Origin: Bacillota bacterium
GTDB lineage: Bacteria > Bacillota > Sulfobacillia > JAJZYS01 > JAJYTV01
NCBI GenBank assembly: GCA_021793215.1
Contig: JAJYTE010000005.1
Location: 25,593 to 89,592, forward strand
Direction of reading: 5' to 3'
DNA length: 64,000 nt
The notes under the pieces: model-generated
Database searches by the model: none
Seen by the model: only the letters and a program-made list of their open reading frames with translations
What the model was told of the DNA's origin: nothing
Program-made: the position numbers and the translations under genes
Part shown: one piece after another, positions 27,485 to 37,396 of the stretch
Numbering within the stretch: position 1 is the first letter of the stretch
Layout of the letters: every line of letters begins with the position of its first letter

Positions 27485-28488
27485 GTCTGCCGCTCCAGGA
27501 CGAAGTCGGCCATCGCCAGCAGTGACGCTTTGGCCGGTAGGTCGATCAGCGGCTGGATGCTGCGCTTGGCCGTCTCGATGAAGCGATGGGCGAGTTCCTC
27601 CGCGTAGGAGAAACTGCCCGACTGGCCGAGGATCTCGCGCGCTGTCATGACCGATTCACCTGTCACGTCGTGGCTCTCCGCGATCTGCTGCAGTTCGGCC
27701 CGGCGCTGAGACTGGCGCAGGCCATGGATCACCGGCAACGTGATGACGTGGGCCCTCAGGTCGGCCCCGATCGCCTTGCCGAGCGCCTTCGGCTCGGCCG
27801 TTAGGTCGAGGAGGTCGTCGATGATCTGGTAGCCCATGCCCATCGCGTATCCGTAGTCATAAAGTGCTTGTTCCACGTCTGGAGCCGCACCGGTTGCCGC
27901 CGCGCCCGCGCGGCAGCACTCGGCGATGAACACAGCGGTCTTCTGGGCGATGCGATCAAGATACTGGTCCTCGTCGGGCAGGGCATTCTCCCGGGACTGA
28001 ACATTCTGCGCGATCTCTCCGCTGCACATGCGGTACACCACGTCCGCCATGATCCCCACGACCTTGCCGACCCCCACCTCCGAGAGGAGCGAGAAGGCCT
28101 TGGCGAACAGGTAGTCCCCTGCGAGGACGGCCGTCTGCTCACCCCACAAGGCATGAACGGTGGGCTGGCCGCGCCGCAGCTCCGCCCGATCGATCACGTC
28201 GTCATGGGCCAGGGTGGCCATATGGATGAGTTCTGCGGCTGCCGCGAGTTTGCGGACATCCTCGTACACGTACGTGCCGAACTTGGCGCCGAACAGCACA
28301 AGCGCCGGGCGAAGCCGCTTGCCGCCTGCTTGGAGCAGGTGCGATGCGACAGCCCGCACCGCCAGGGGGCCCTCGTCCAGCAGCCGGGCCAAGTACGCCT
28401 CTACGTCGGAGAGGTCGGCCGCGATATCCGCGAACACCGACCGAAGGTCCAAGTGACCACCGCCTTGCAGATCATAAGCCAGCGTCAT
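27481..28488 (-). CDS. polyprenyl diphosphate synthase (trans-IPPS; GGPPS/HepT-like)
   Basis: First and second Asp-rich motifs: LAHDDVIDRAELRRG and YQIIDDLLD. Confidence 0.85.
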   Translation of the reverse strand: MTLAYDLQGGGHLDLRSVFADIAADLSDVEAYLARLLDEGPLAVRAVASHLLQAGGKRLRPALVLFGAKFGTYVYEDVRKLAAAAELIHMATLAHDDVIDRAELRRGQPTVHALWGEQTAVLAGDYLFAKAFSLLSEVGVGKVVGIMADVVYRMCSGEIAQNVQSRENALPDEDQYLDRIAQKTAVFIAECCRAGAAATGAAPDVEQALYDYGYAMGMGYQIIDDLLDLTAEPKALGKAIGADLRAHVITLPVIHGLRQSQRRAELQQIAESHDVTGESVMTAREILGQSGSFSYAEELAHRFIETAKRSIQPLIDLPAKASLLAMADFVLERQT

Positions 28489-28539
28489 TGTAGCACAAGT
28501 TCACAAGTTGGAGACCTGCGGCCAGCGCGTCCCTTCGCC

Positions 28540-30117
28540 TCAGTGGCTGGACCGCAAAGCCCAGTGCTGTGGCGCGTAGAAGAGGACCGCCGGGTCCGGT
28601 GTGAAACCGGTGAAGCGCCGCGCGATGGCGTACGCGGACTGGGGGAAGTAGAGGAAGAGCTCCGGCGGGTCGACCTGCATCGCCGCCTGGGCGTCGCGCA
28701 AGGCGGTGGCCCGCTCACCCTGCTGCACTGCGCTCCGCTCCAGCACGAGGTCGCGGTCGACAGCGCTGTCCTGGTAGGCGCCGGGATTGAAGCCCGCTGT
28801 CGACACGGCCTCCGAACCGAAGTACGCCGCGAAGTCCGGGTCGGCGGAGAGACCGCGCACGGCGAACGCCGCCTGGAAGTTGCCCGCGACGTAGTCCTGG
28901 ACGTACTGCGTGAACGGCTCGTAGCGCACCGTGACGTCGACGCCGATCGCGCTGAGGTCCCGCACCACGAGGCCCAGCGCCGCCGTGCGGTCTGGTGCGC
29001 CCTGCGGGGCTAGGATCTGCAGTTTCAGCGCTGCGCCACGCGCGTCGCGCAGGACTCCGCCGTGCGGCGTGTAGCCCGCCGCCGCCAGCAGCGAAAGCGC
29101 GGTCTTCGGTAGGTAGTCGCGCGCGGAAAGCTGGCTGTCGTACGCCCAGGAGGCGGGGGGCAAGGGTCCGTTCGCGATGTGGGCGTAGCCGTCGAACGGC
29201 CCATCCACGATCTGCTTGCGGTTCACCGCGAAGTAGAGTGCCCGACGCAGGGCCACATCGCTGAAGGGCTGTAGCCGCACATTCCAGACGATCCCGGCGA
29301 AGGCGAGCTGATCCACCCGCGCGATCTTGACGCCCGGCCACGTCGACACGGCGTGCGCGTCCACGGGCGGCGTCTCCGCGAAGTCGAGCTTGCCCTGGCG
29401 CAGCAGCATGAGCGCAGCGTTCGGGCTTGCCGCCGCGGTGAGCACGACGCGGCTGACGTGCGGAGCTCCGCCGAAGTAGCGCCTGTTCGCCGTCAGCACG
29501 AACTGCCCGCCGGATTGGGACTGCAGCTTGAAGGGGCCGCTCCCGACCGCGCTGCTGCCGAGCGCCGCTGCAGACAGGAGCTGCTGGCCGGGACGGTATT
29601 GGGAGAGGAGGTGTGACGGCAGGATCGGCAGGGCAGCCGCCTGCATGAGGAAGGGGGCGTAGGGCCGCTGGAGCGTCACGCGCACGGCCTCCTTGCCCAC
29701 GCTGACGACCGAGCGCACGTCGGCGAGCCATGCGCTGGCGGGAGACTTGTCCGCCGGGTTCCGGTAGGCGGCGAAGCTGAATGCGACGTCCTTCGGCGAG
29801 ACACGCTGACCGTCTGGCCAGTGCGCGCGAGGGTCGAGATGGAACGTGTAGGTACGCCCGTCCGGCGAGACGTGCCAACTGCGGGCGAGGTCCGGGACGG
29901 GACGAAGCCCGGGTGAGACGCGGACAAGGCCGTCATAGATCAGCTCGTCCACGGCGGTGCCGGACGCATCCTGGACCTGAAGTGGATCGATGCTCGCTGG
30001 CGTCCCGGGCAAGGCGAGCCTCAGGGTTCCACCGCGGTGCACCGCCGCATGCGGCGACGCAGAACTGCAGCCGCCGACGACGGCCGCCAAGAGTCCCGCG
30101 GCGATCGCCGCCTTCAT
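28540..30117 (-). CDS. ABC transporter substrate-binding lipoprotein, family 5 (oligopeptide/nickel type)
   Basis: Lipobox …LLAAVVGGCSS. SBP_bac_5-like length and composition. No permease or ATPase genes are adjacent. Confidence 0.7.
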   Translation of the reverse strand: MKAAIAAGLLAAVVGGCSSASPHAAVHRGGTLRLALPGTPASIDPLQVQDASGTAVDELIYDGLVRVSPGLRPVPDLARSWHVSPDGRTYTFHLDPRAHWPDGQRVSPKDVAFSFAAYRNPADKSPASAWLADVRSVVSVGKEAVRVTLQRPYAPFLMQAAALPILPSHLLSQYRPGQQLLSAAALGSSAVGSGPFKLQSQSGGQFVLTANRRYFGGAPHVSRVVLTAAASPNAALMLLRQGKLDFAETPPVDAHAVSTWPGVKIARVDQLAFAGIVWNVRLQPFSDVALRRALYFAVNRKQIVDGPFDGYAHIANGPLPPASWAYDSQLSARDYLPKTALSLLAAAGYTPHGGVLRDARGAALKLQILAPQGAPDRTAALGLVVRDLSAIGVDVTVRYEPFTQYVQDYVAGNFQAAFAVRGLSADPDFAAYFGSEAVSTAGFNPGAYQDSAVDRDLVLERSAVQQGERATALRDAQAAMQVDPPELFLYFPQSAYAIARRFTGFTPDPAVLFYAPQHWALRSSH

Positions 30118-30163
30118 CCGGTGGCGCGTGATTCGACCCATCGTGAAAGCCCCCCGGTAAGAT

Positions 30164-31057
30164 CTAGGTATGCGGGCCTGGGTAGGGCCTTCGCGCGGCG
30201 TTCGCAATCTTCAACACGCGAGTCAGCCGATAGTACGCCCCCGCCTTGGTGAGACCCAGGTGCGCCCCGAGTTCCTCAAGTGATGCCTCCGGGAACTGCA
30301 GGCGGGCGTGCGCCGCCTCGCGCAGCTTCTCGGACAGCGACTCCAGCCCCTCGCGCGCGGCGAACTCCCGGATCAGGGCGCTCTGCGCCACCGATGCGCG
30401 CACGGACTTCTCGACGTTCGCCGACTCCGCGTTCACGAGGCGGTTCACCGCACCGCGCACGCTCCGAACGCTGCGGGCATCCTCCAGCGCCAGACGCGCT
30501 TCGGCCGCACCGAACAGCGACAGCACCTCTGCGATCTGGTCCGCACCCTGAAGGTAGACGACGCTGTACTCGCGGCGAAGGCGCCTTTGCGGTGCGAGCC
30601 CGAAGCGCCGCAGGATGCGCATCGCCTCACTCGCGACCTGTGGTCGCGCGAGGCGCAGCTCCAGGAGGTAGCCCGACTTCGGCGGCGTCAGGGCGCCTGC
30701 CGCGAGGAAGATGCCCGCGAGGTAGCCGCGGCGCTCGACGGCCCCCATCCGCCGGTGCGGCCGGGCGGCGAACTCCTCGAGGCGCTGCGCGGCCTTGCCG
30801 GGGAACGAGAGCAGGAAGCGTCTGCCGCGCGCCCCGCTCTCGCGCATCAGCACCACCGCATCGACGTTCAGCAGTTCCTTGGCGATGCGTCGCGCGACGC
30901 GGGCCGTGCGCGTCCCGTCAACCGCGACGGCCGGGGTGCCGTCTCCGAAGCGCTGCGCACCCGCGTCGATGAGCCCCCGCAGGATCCCCTGGTGGAAGGG
31001 GCGCGTCCTGTCTCCAGAGAGGATCTCGTCCTTCACCTCGCGCGTGCGACTGGTCAT
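30164..31057 (-). CDS. whiA: sporulation/cell-division transcription regulator WhiA
   Basis: Degenerate LAGLIDADG-like LAGIFLAAGAL…, C-terminal HTH. Conserved position after yvcK. Confidence 0.9.
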   Translation of the reverse strand: MTSRTREVKDEILSGDRTRPFHQGILRGLIDAGAQRFGDGTPAVAVDGTRTARVARRIAKELLNVDAVVLMRESGARGRRFLLSFPGKAAQRLEEFAARPHRRMGAVERRGYLAGIFLAAGALTPPKSGYLLELRLARPQVASEAMRILRRFGLAPQRRLRREYSVVYLQGADQIAEVLSLFGAAEARLALEDARSVRSVRGAVNRLVNAESANVEKSVRASVAQSALIREFAAREGLESLSEKLREAAHARLQFPEASLEELGAHLGLTKAGAYYRLTRVLKIANAARRPYPGPHT

Positions 31058-32355
31058 CGCCCGTCGGAGCGCAGGTTCTCGCGCAGCAGCAGGAGATCCA
31101 GAAGGCGCCCGGGTTCAGGTCGCCGCGCCCTCGCCCAGCGCGAGAGGATGGTGCGGGCGACGAGGTGGGAATCATGGCGGGCGTAGGGACCCTCGGCGAG
31201 CAGCGGCAGCGCGATGACCTCATAGCCGGCCGCAGCGAGCCCCTGCTCGTTGCAGTGCACCGCCTCGGAGCGGCGAAGGCGGTAGCGCTGTGCCACCTCG
31301 TCCCCGAGCGGCGCCGCGTTCAGTACGACGCAGTCTACGAGCCCGGTGCCTGCATGCCGGACGATCGCCTCCAGGTGCTCCTCGGCCGACATGCCATCCG
31401 TCTCGCCCGGCTGGGTCATGATGTTCTGGACGTACACGCGCAGCGCCGACGAGCGGCGAATCGCATCTGCGATGCCTGGCACGAGGAGGTTCGGCATCAG
31501 GCTCGTGAAGAGCGAGCCCGGGGAGAGTACGATCACGTCCGCCTCGGCGATCGCCCGCAGCGCCTCCTGGGTCGGAGACGCGTCCGGGGGGTCGAGCGCG
31601 ACCCGCAGGATCGTGCCGTTCGCCTCCGGGATGTGCGACTCGCCGCTGATCACGCGGCCATCCTCGAGGTCGGCCCGCAGCGTGACCTGGTCGTCCGTCG
31701 CCGGCAGCACCTGCCCCCTGACCGCGAGCACGCGGCTCGAAGCGCGGATGGCGTCCTGCAGGTCCCCTGTCACGGTCGTCATCGCGGCGAGGAAGAGGTT
31801 GCCGAAGGCGTGTCCCGTGAGGCCCTCGCCTGACTCGAAGCGGTACTGGAACAGTTGCTCCATCAGGGGCTCCGTTTCGGCCAGCGCCAAAAGGCAGTTG
31901 CGAAGGTCGCCAGGCGGCGGCACGCCCAGCTCGCCGCGCAGTCGTCCGGAGCTGCCGCCGTCGTCGGTCACTGCGACGATCGCGGTGATGTTCGAGGTGA
32001 ACTGCTTGATCCCGCGCAGCATCACAGGCAGTCCGGTACCGCCGCCGAGCGCGACGACGCGCGGCCCACGCAGCAGCGCGCGCGACCGCCAATAGGTCTC
32101 GGCGATCTCCCCGGTCCCCTCCGGAAGCAGCACGGTCACAACAGAGGTGATCAGCTGGCGCACGCTGAGGGATGCCAGGACAGCTCCGACGAGCACGAGG
32201 CCGATGTCGAACGCGATGTCGGCGTGGCGCCGACTCCAGTCGGAGTGCAAGAGCACGACACCGGCCGCCGCGAGCGCGATGCCGAGCGTGAACAGCGCGA
32301 GCCAGCGCTTGACGCGCAGGCCCGGCAGCAGCCAGCGCAGCGCCCTGTTCCTCAC
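31054..32355 (-). CDS. yvcK: gluconeogenesis factor YvcK/CuvA family (UPF0052, CofD-like) with ~90-aa N-terminal 2-TM extension
   Basis: VVALGGGTGLPVMLRG…AVTDDGGSSGRLR… core. The N-terminus MRNRALRWLLPGL…LFTLGIALAAAGVVLL…LVLVGAVLASL is hydrophobic. Confidence 0.85.
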   Translation of the reverse strand: MRNRALRWLLPGLRVKRWLALFTLGIALAAAGVVLLHSDWSRRHADIAFDIGLVLVGAVLASLSVRQLITSVVTVLLPEGTGEIAETYWRSRALLRGPRVVALGGGTGLPVMLRGIKQFTSNITAIVAVTDDGGSSGRLRGELGVPPPGDLRNCLLALAETEPLMEQLFQYRFESGEGLTGHAFGNLFLAAMTTVTGDLQDAIRASSRVLAVRGQVLPATDDQVTLRADLEDGRVISGESHIPEANGTILRVALDPPDASPTQEALRAIAEADVIVLSPGSLFTSLMPNLLVPGIADAIRRSSALRVYVQNIMTQPGETDGMSAEEHLEAIVRHAGTGLVDCVVLNAAPLGDEVAQRYRLRRSEAVHCNEQGLAAAGYEVIALPLLAEGPYARHDSHLVARTILSRWARARRPEPGRLLDLLLLRENLRSDGR

Positions 32356-33266
32356 GCCCCGCCTCCTCCGACGCGGGTGCGATCCCGGTGCTGGACGCCG
32401 ATGCGGCGCGCGGGGTTCTCAAGGCGCCGCGCCAGGTCCTCCGCGATCACGACGCTGCGGTGCTGCCCGCCGGTACAGCCGATCGCCACCACGATCTGCG
32501 TCTTGCCCTCCGCCGCGTACTGCGGCAGGAGGAAGTCGATCAAACTTCCGAGGTGGGCCAGAAGTTCGCGCGCGACCGGCCAGCGCAGCACGTAGCTCCG
32601 CACCTCAGGATCGCTTCCCGTCTTCTGGCGCAGCTCTGGAACGTAGTTCGGGTTCGGCAGGAAGCGCACGTCGAACACGAGATCCGCGTCGAGCGGCAGT
32701 CCGTACTTGAAGCCGAACGAAACGATCTGCACCAGGAGCTGGTTGTCGGAGCTGTCAGTCGCGAAGAGGCGCCCAAGCTCTGCGCGCAGTTGCGCCGGGG
32801 TGAGGTCCGAGGTGTCGAGGGTGAAGTGCGCCCTTCCGCGCACTTCTTCGAGCTGCTGGCGCTCGAGCCGGATCGCCTCGAGCACCCGCCCCTCCGTGGC
32901 GAGGGGATGGCGCCGCCGCGTCTCCTTGTAGCGGCGCAGCAGGATCTCCTCACGCGCCTCGAGGAACAGGATGCGGTAGCCGACGCCGTGCTCCTCAAGC
33001 TCCGTCAGGGCCGCCGCCGCGCGCTCGAAGAAGGCGCCCCCGCGCACGTCGATCGCCACGGCGACGCGGTCAACGCGCTGCTGCGCATCGAGCAGCTCGA
33101 CGAACTTGCCCACGAGGTCGGAAGGGAGATTGTCCACGCAGAAGAAGCCCATGTCCTCCAAGGCGTGCATCGCCTGGCTCTTGCCGGCACCGGAGAGTCC
33201 CGTGACGACGATGAACTGCATCGCGGCCTCCTTGCTGCGAGCCTCTCTCAGCGCTGGCTTTCCCAA
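32352..33266 (-). CDS. rapZ: RNase adapter protein RapZ (YvcJ), P-loop NTPase
   Basis: IVVTGLSGAGKSQA Walker A, ~300 aa. Overlaps the yvcK start. Confidence 0.9.
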   Translation of the reverse strand: MGKPALREARSKEAAMQFIVVTGLSGAGKSQAMHALEDMGFFCVDNLPSDLVGKFVELLDAQQRVDRVAVAIDVRGGAFFERAAAALTELEEHGVGYRILFLEAREEILLRRYKETRRRHPLATEGRVLEAIRLERQQLEEVRGRAHFTLDTSDLTPAQLRAELGRLFATDSSDNQLLVQIVSFGFKYGLPLDADLVFDVRFLPNPNYVPELRQKTGSDPEVRSYVLRWPVARELLAHLGSLIDFLLPQYAAEGKTQIVVAIGCTGGQHRSVVIAEDLARRLENPARRIGVQHRDRTRVGGGGA

Positions 33267-34330
33267 ACCGCCCGGTGGAACCTCGAACGCACCGACTTCA
33301 GGCGCTCCTCGGGCCTACGCACCGGATGGACGCGGCTCGTGAGTAGAACCACGAGGAGACCTGACGGCGGCGCGATCGCGAACGACGTGCCGGTGAACCC
33401 CGTGTGCCCCCAGGCCGGCAGGAAGAAGTCATCCCCATCGCGCGTCCCCCACTCGAAGAAGCCGAGGCCGCGCCGTTCCGGCGGCGGCGTCTGGGGAGCC
33501 AAGAGCAGCTCGGCCTCCGCCGCGGGGAGCATCTGCCCCAAACGCCCGCTGCCGCCGTCGAGCACCGCCTGGGCGTAGAGCGCGACGTCCAGCGCCGGTG
33601 CGAAGAGTCCGGCGTGCCCTGCGACCCCGCCCATGAGCCGCGTCTTTCCGTCGTGCACGACGCCCTCGAGCAGCCCCTCGGGCCTCCTCTCGGACGCGAC
33701 GATCGGCTGCTCTCGGGTGTCCTTGGGCCCGAAGCCGCTGCGCACGAGGCCAAGCGGCGCCTGCACGATCCGGCCGAACAGGCGCGGCAGCGGTTCTTGC
33801 CCCGCCGCCTCGGCCACGAGGCCGAGCAGGTAGTAGCCGAGGTCCGAGTAGACCGGGTTTGGGAGCGGAGTCTCGCCGACCACCTGCAGGAGTTCGCCGT
33901 GCCGCTCCTCCGGTTCCTTCGCCCAGCCGATGTCCGCGGTGGCCGGGAGGCCGCCGCGGTGCGTCAGGAGGTCCTTGACCCTCGCGTCGCCGACGAAAGA
34001 GCCTGCGGTCCACGGCAGATGCCTGGACAGGGGGTCGTCCAGCGAGAGCCTGCATTCCGCCGAGAGACGCAGGATGATCGGGGCTGTGACGATCGCCTTC
34101 GTCAGCGAGGCGAGGTCGAAGATGCAGTCATGCGTCATGGCGACGGCAGGTTGCACGCTTCGGCGCAGGCCGAGCGCCCAGAACCCCGCGATCACGCCGT
34201 GGCGCGCGATCAGTGCGACAGCGCCCGCGTAGGCGTCCTGCTCCAGCCCGTCCACCAGCACCTCGTACGCCGCGAGCAGCCCATCGCGCGATAGCGACGC
34301 CTCCTCGGCACTCCCGAACCGCAGGCTCAT
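33248..34330 (-). CDS. serine hydrolase, beta-lactamase (class C/esterase) family
   Basis: S-x-x-K active-site motif FDLASLTKAIV. 360 aa. Confidence 0.75.
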   Translation of the reverse strand: MSLRFGSAEEASLSRDGLLAAYEVLVDGLEQDAYAGAVALIARHGVIAGFWALGLRRSVQPAVAMTHDCIFDLASLTKAIVTAPIILRLSAECRLSLDDPLSRHLPWTAGSFVGDARVKDLLTHRGGLPATADIGWAKEPEERHGELLQVVGETPLPNPVYSDLGYYLLGLVAEAAGQEPLPRLFGRIVQAPLGLVRSGFGPKDTREQPIVASERRPEGLLEGVVHDGKTRLMGGVAGHAGLFAPALDVALYAQAVLDGGSGRLGQMLPAAEAELLLAPQTPPPERRGLGFFEWGTRDGDDFFLPAWGHTGFTGTSFAIAPPSGLLVVLLTSRVHPVRRPEERLKSVRSRFHRAVWESQR

Positions 34331-35115
34331 GGCGCGATCGCCTCGGCGATGGCGGCGATGAGGTCCGGCGGCGGCGGTCCGAGCTCCGGCCGAAGGGCGA
34401 GCACAGCAGCAGCCGCCGTCCTCGGAGCGAACGGTCGTCCGACCGCCTTCAGCATCTCGACGTCGTTCTCCGCGTCGCCGGCGGCGGCCATCTCGTCGAG
34501 ACCGATCCCGAGCACCTCTGCGAGCGCCGCGAGCGCCACGCCCTTGTGCACGCCGGGCGGAACGATCTCCACGAAGTTCGGCTCGGAGCGGAAGCAGTGC
34601 AGCTCCCCTCCGAGCTCGCGGGTGAGGTCATCGATCAGGGCGCCGGTCTCGTCAGGCGGCAAGAGCGCAAGGAGCTTCTGCGGCGACGCGGAGATGCCGG
34701 CGAGGTCCACGAGGTGGGACGGCACCCGCGTGCGGCGCGCGTACGCTTCCGTCTGCGCGGTGCGCTGAAGGATGCGCAGGTCTCCTTCGACGTACCCCTG
34801 CACCTCGGCGCCGCGCGCAAGGCAGATGTCGACGGCGCGGCGCGCCGCGCGCTCTTCGATCGCGCGCTGCCAGATCGCCTTCTCGCCGAGCGGGTAGGTC
34901 CAGAGCTCCGCGCCGTTCAGGGCGATGATGTGCCCGGCTTCGGCTCCCGTCTCGGCGAAGATCTGCGCGGCGGACTGCACCATCCGGCCGGTGGCGATCG
35001 CGATCTCGACGCCCTGCGCCCTCAGGCGCGCGAAGGGCGCCTGCGCCTCCCGCGCGCCGCGGCCGTCGCGCGCCATGAGGGTGCCGTCGAGGTCCACCGC
35101 GAGCAGGCGCGTCAC
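34327..35115 (-). CDS. Cof-type HAD-IIB family hydrolase (sugar-phosphatase-like)
   Basis: N-terminal AVDLDGTL motif and C-terminal GDAENDVEM motif. Confidence 0.8.
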   Translation of the reverse strand: MTRLLAVDLDGTLMARDGRGAREAQAPFARLRAQGVEIAIATGRMVQSAAQIFAETGAEAGHIIALNGAELWTYPLGEKAIWQRAIEERAARRAVDICLARGAEVQGYVEGDLRILQRTAQTEAYARRTRVPSHLVDLAGISASPQKLLALLPPDETGALIDDLTRELGGELHCFRSEPNFVEIVPPGVHKGVALAALAEVLGIGLDEMAAAGDAENDVEMLKAVGRPFAPRTAAAAVLALRPELGPPPPDLIAAIAEAIAP

Positions 35116-35447
35116 TTCGTCCCCAGGATCGAGCTGATCACGGCGGTGGCGATGCCCGTAAGGAGCGCACCGACGATCGCCGACCCGAAGCCGCGCACGT
35201 GGAAGCCCGGCGTGAAGGAGGCGGCCAGCAGGAAGACGATGCCGTTCACGACGAGCGTGAAGAGCCCCAGGGTCAGGAGGTTGATCGGCAGGGTGAGCAG
35301 CAGGAGGAGCGGGCGCACGAGGAGGTTCGCGAGACCGAGCACCAGGGCCGCGATCAGGGCGGCCCAGAAGTTGCGTACTTCGACACCGATGCCGAGCAGG
35401 GCGACGAGGTAGATGCTGACGGCTGAGATCAGCCAGCGTGCGAGCAT
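35112..35447 (-). CDS. DUF360/phage-holin-4-like small membrane protein (YvlD-like)
   Basis: 4-TM protein starting at MLARWLISAVSIYL… The ORF-track start at 35537 adds an Arg-rich leader. Confidence 0.55.
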   Translation of the reverse strand: MLARWLISAVSIYLVALLGIGVEVRNFWAALIAALVLGLANLLVRPLLLLLTLPINLLTLGLFTLVVNGIVFLLAASFTPGFHVRGFGSAIVGALLTGIATAVISSILGTK

Positions 35448-35604
35448 GGGTGTCCCCTTCTCCGCGTTTCCTAGATCGTAACCTTCCGTCCGGGTCCGCT
35501 CAACCCGCCGCCGCGATCTAAGGCGCCCGCAGCGCAACCCGCGAGATTCCTGCGTGACCGCAGTATGATGCGATCAAGGACGGCCGGACTCGCTGCGGCG
35601 GGAG

Positions 35605-37254
35605 GTGCGTATGGAGTTCGATCTGATCGTGGTCGGTGCGGGTCTCGCGGGCTTGGTCGCAACCGTCGAGGCCGTACGCCCGGGCAGAAGGGTGCTGCTC
35701 TTGGACCAGGAGCCCGACGCCTCGTTCGGCGGACAAGCCTGGTGGTCGTTCGGCGGCCTCTTCCTCGTCGACTCGCCTGAGCAGCGCAGGATGGGGATCC
35801 GTGACTCCCTTGGCCTCGCGTGGCAGGACTGGCTCGGCTCCGCCGGCTTCGACCGCGACGAGGACTCCTGGGGGCGGAAGTGGGCGGAGGAGTACGTCGC
35901 GTTCGCGGCTGGCGAGAAGCGCGCATGGCTGCGGTCCTTGGGAGTCCGCTTCTTCCCGATCGTCGGGTGGGCCGAGCGCGGCGGCTACCTCGCGGAGGGG
36001 CACGGCAACTCCGTGCCGCGCTTCCACATCGTCTGGGGCACGGGTCCAGCGCTCGTCGCGCCGTTCGAGGCAAGGGTGCGCAATGCTGCCGAGTCCGGGC
36101 TCGTCGAGTACCGGCCGCGCCACAGGGTCGACGAACTGATCCTGCGCCAGGGAGCGGTCGTCGGCGTGCGGGGGTCCATCCTCGCCCCGAGTACCGCCGC
36201 GCGCGGCGAGGCTTCCTCACGCGACGTGGTCGGAGAGTTCGAGTTCCAGGGGCAGGCGGTGCTCGTCACCAGCGGCGGCATCGGGGGGAACGAGGAACTG
36301 GTACGTCGCAACTGGCCGCGAAGACTGGGCGCAGCGCCACGCTCACTGCTCTCCGGCGTACCGGCGCACGTCGACGGCCGAATGCTCGATGTGGCCGCGA
36401 CGGCTGGCGGGCGCATCGTGAATGCGGATCGCATGTGGCACTACACCGAGGGCATCGCGAACTGGAACTCGGTCTGGCCGAGGCACGGCATCCGGATCAT
36501 CCCCGGTCCCTCTTCGATCTGGCTCGACGCGCGCGGTGCGCGCCTGCCGGCCCCGAACTTTCCGGGATTCGACACACTTGGCACGCTGCAGGCAATCCTT
36601 GAAACCGGCTACGACTACTCCTGGTTCGTTCTCACGAGAAAGGTGATCGAGCGAGAGTTCGCGCTCTCGGGCTCGGAGCAGAATCCGGACTTGACCGGCA
36701 AGAACGTACGCATGGTGCTCTCGCGCCGACGCGCAGGCGTCCCAGGTCCGGTGCAGGCCTTCCTCGACCATGGCGAGGACTTCATCGTCGCAACCACGCT
36801 GGCGGAGTTGGTCGACGGGATGAATCGGACGACGGGCGAAAACCTGATCGCGCTCGCGGATCTCGAACGCCAAATCGCCGCGCGGGACCGGGAGATGGAC
36901 AACGCCTACGGCAAGGACCTTCAGATGATGGCCGTGCGCGGCGCGCGGCGCTACATTGGAGACCGGCTGATCCGGGTCGCCGCACCGCACAAGTTCCTGG
37001 ACCCAATCAACGGACCCCTGATCGCCGTGCGGCTGCACATCCTCAGTCGGAAGACGCTCGGTGGGCTGCAGACGGACCTCTCAGGGCGGGTGCTCGACGA
37101 CGCCGGGAACCCGGTCCCCGGGCTCTACGCAGCGGGCGAAGCGGCCGGGTTCGGCGGCGGCGGCGTGCACGGCTACCGCGCGCTCGAGGGCACCTTCCTC
37201 GGGGGGTGCCTCTTCACCGGGCGTCAGGCGGGCCAGGCGCTGGCGAAACTCTGA
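35605..37254 (+). CDS. FAD-binding dehydrogenase (fumarate reductase/succinate dehydrogenase flavoprotein-like; COG3573-type)
   Basis: N-terminal dinucleotide fold DLIVVGAGLAGLVA. C-terminal …GLYAAGEAAGFGGGGVHGY… is typical of FAD-dependent oxidoreductases. Confidence 0.7.
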   Translation: MRMEFDLIVVGAGLAGLVATVEAVRPGRRVLLLDQEPDASFGGQAWWSFGGLFLVDSPEQRRMGIRDSLGLAWQDWLGSAGFDRDEDSWGRKWAEEYVAFAAGEKRAWLRSLGVRFFPIVGWAERGGYLAEGHGNSVPRFHIVWGTGPALVAPFEARVRNAAESGLVEYRPRHRVDELILRQGAVVGVRGSILAPSTAARGEASSRDVVGEFEFQGQAVLVTSGGIGGNEELVRRNWPRRLGAAPRSLLSGVPAHVDGRMLDVAATAGGRIVNADRMWHYTEGIANWNSVWPRHGIRIIPGPSSIWLDARGARLPAPNFPGFDTLGTLQAILETGYDYSWFVLTRKVIEREFALSGSEQNPDLTGKNVRMVLSRRRAGVPGPVQAFLDHGEDFIVATTLAELVDGMNRTTGENLIALADLERQIAARDREMDNAYGKDLQMMAVRGARRYIGDRLIRVAAPHKFLDPINGPLIAVRLHILSRKTLGGLQTDLSGRVLDDAGNPVPGLYAAGEAAGFGGGGVHGYRALEGTFLGGCLFTGRQAGQALAKL

Positions 37255-37396
37255 TGCAAGCAGTGATCTCTCCGATGTCGGAGAGATCGAATGGAAGCTC
37301 GGCGGGACGCATCGCGCGAAGGGATCAACGGTGCCCTTGGCCAACCTCTCGAACGAGGCCGATGTCAACTGCCCGTTCAGGGAGGTGCCAAGCCCG

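Noticed and set aside
31220-32422. 400-aa alternate-frame ORF over yvcK
   Set aside because: It is a different frame of the yvcK region with Arg/Gly/Asp low-complexity sequence. yvcK motifs are clear in the accepted frame.
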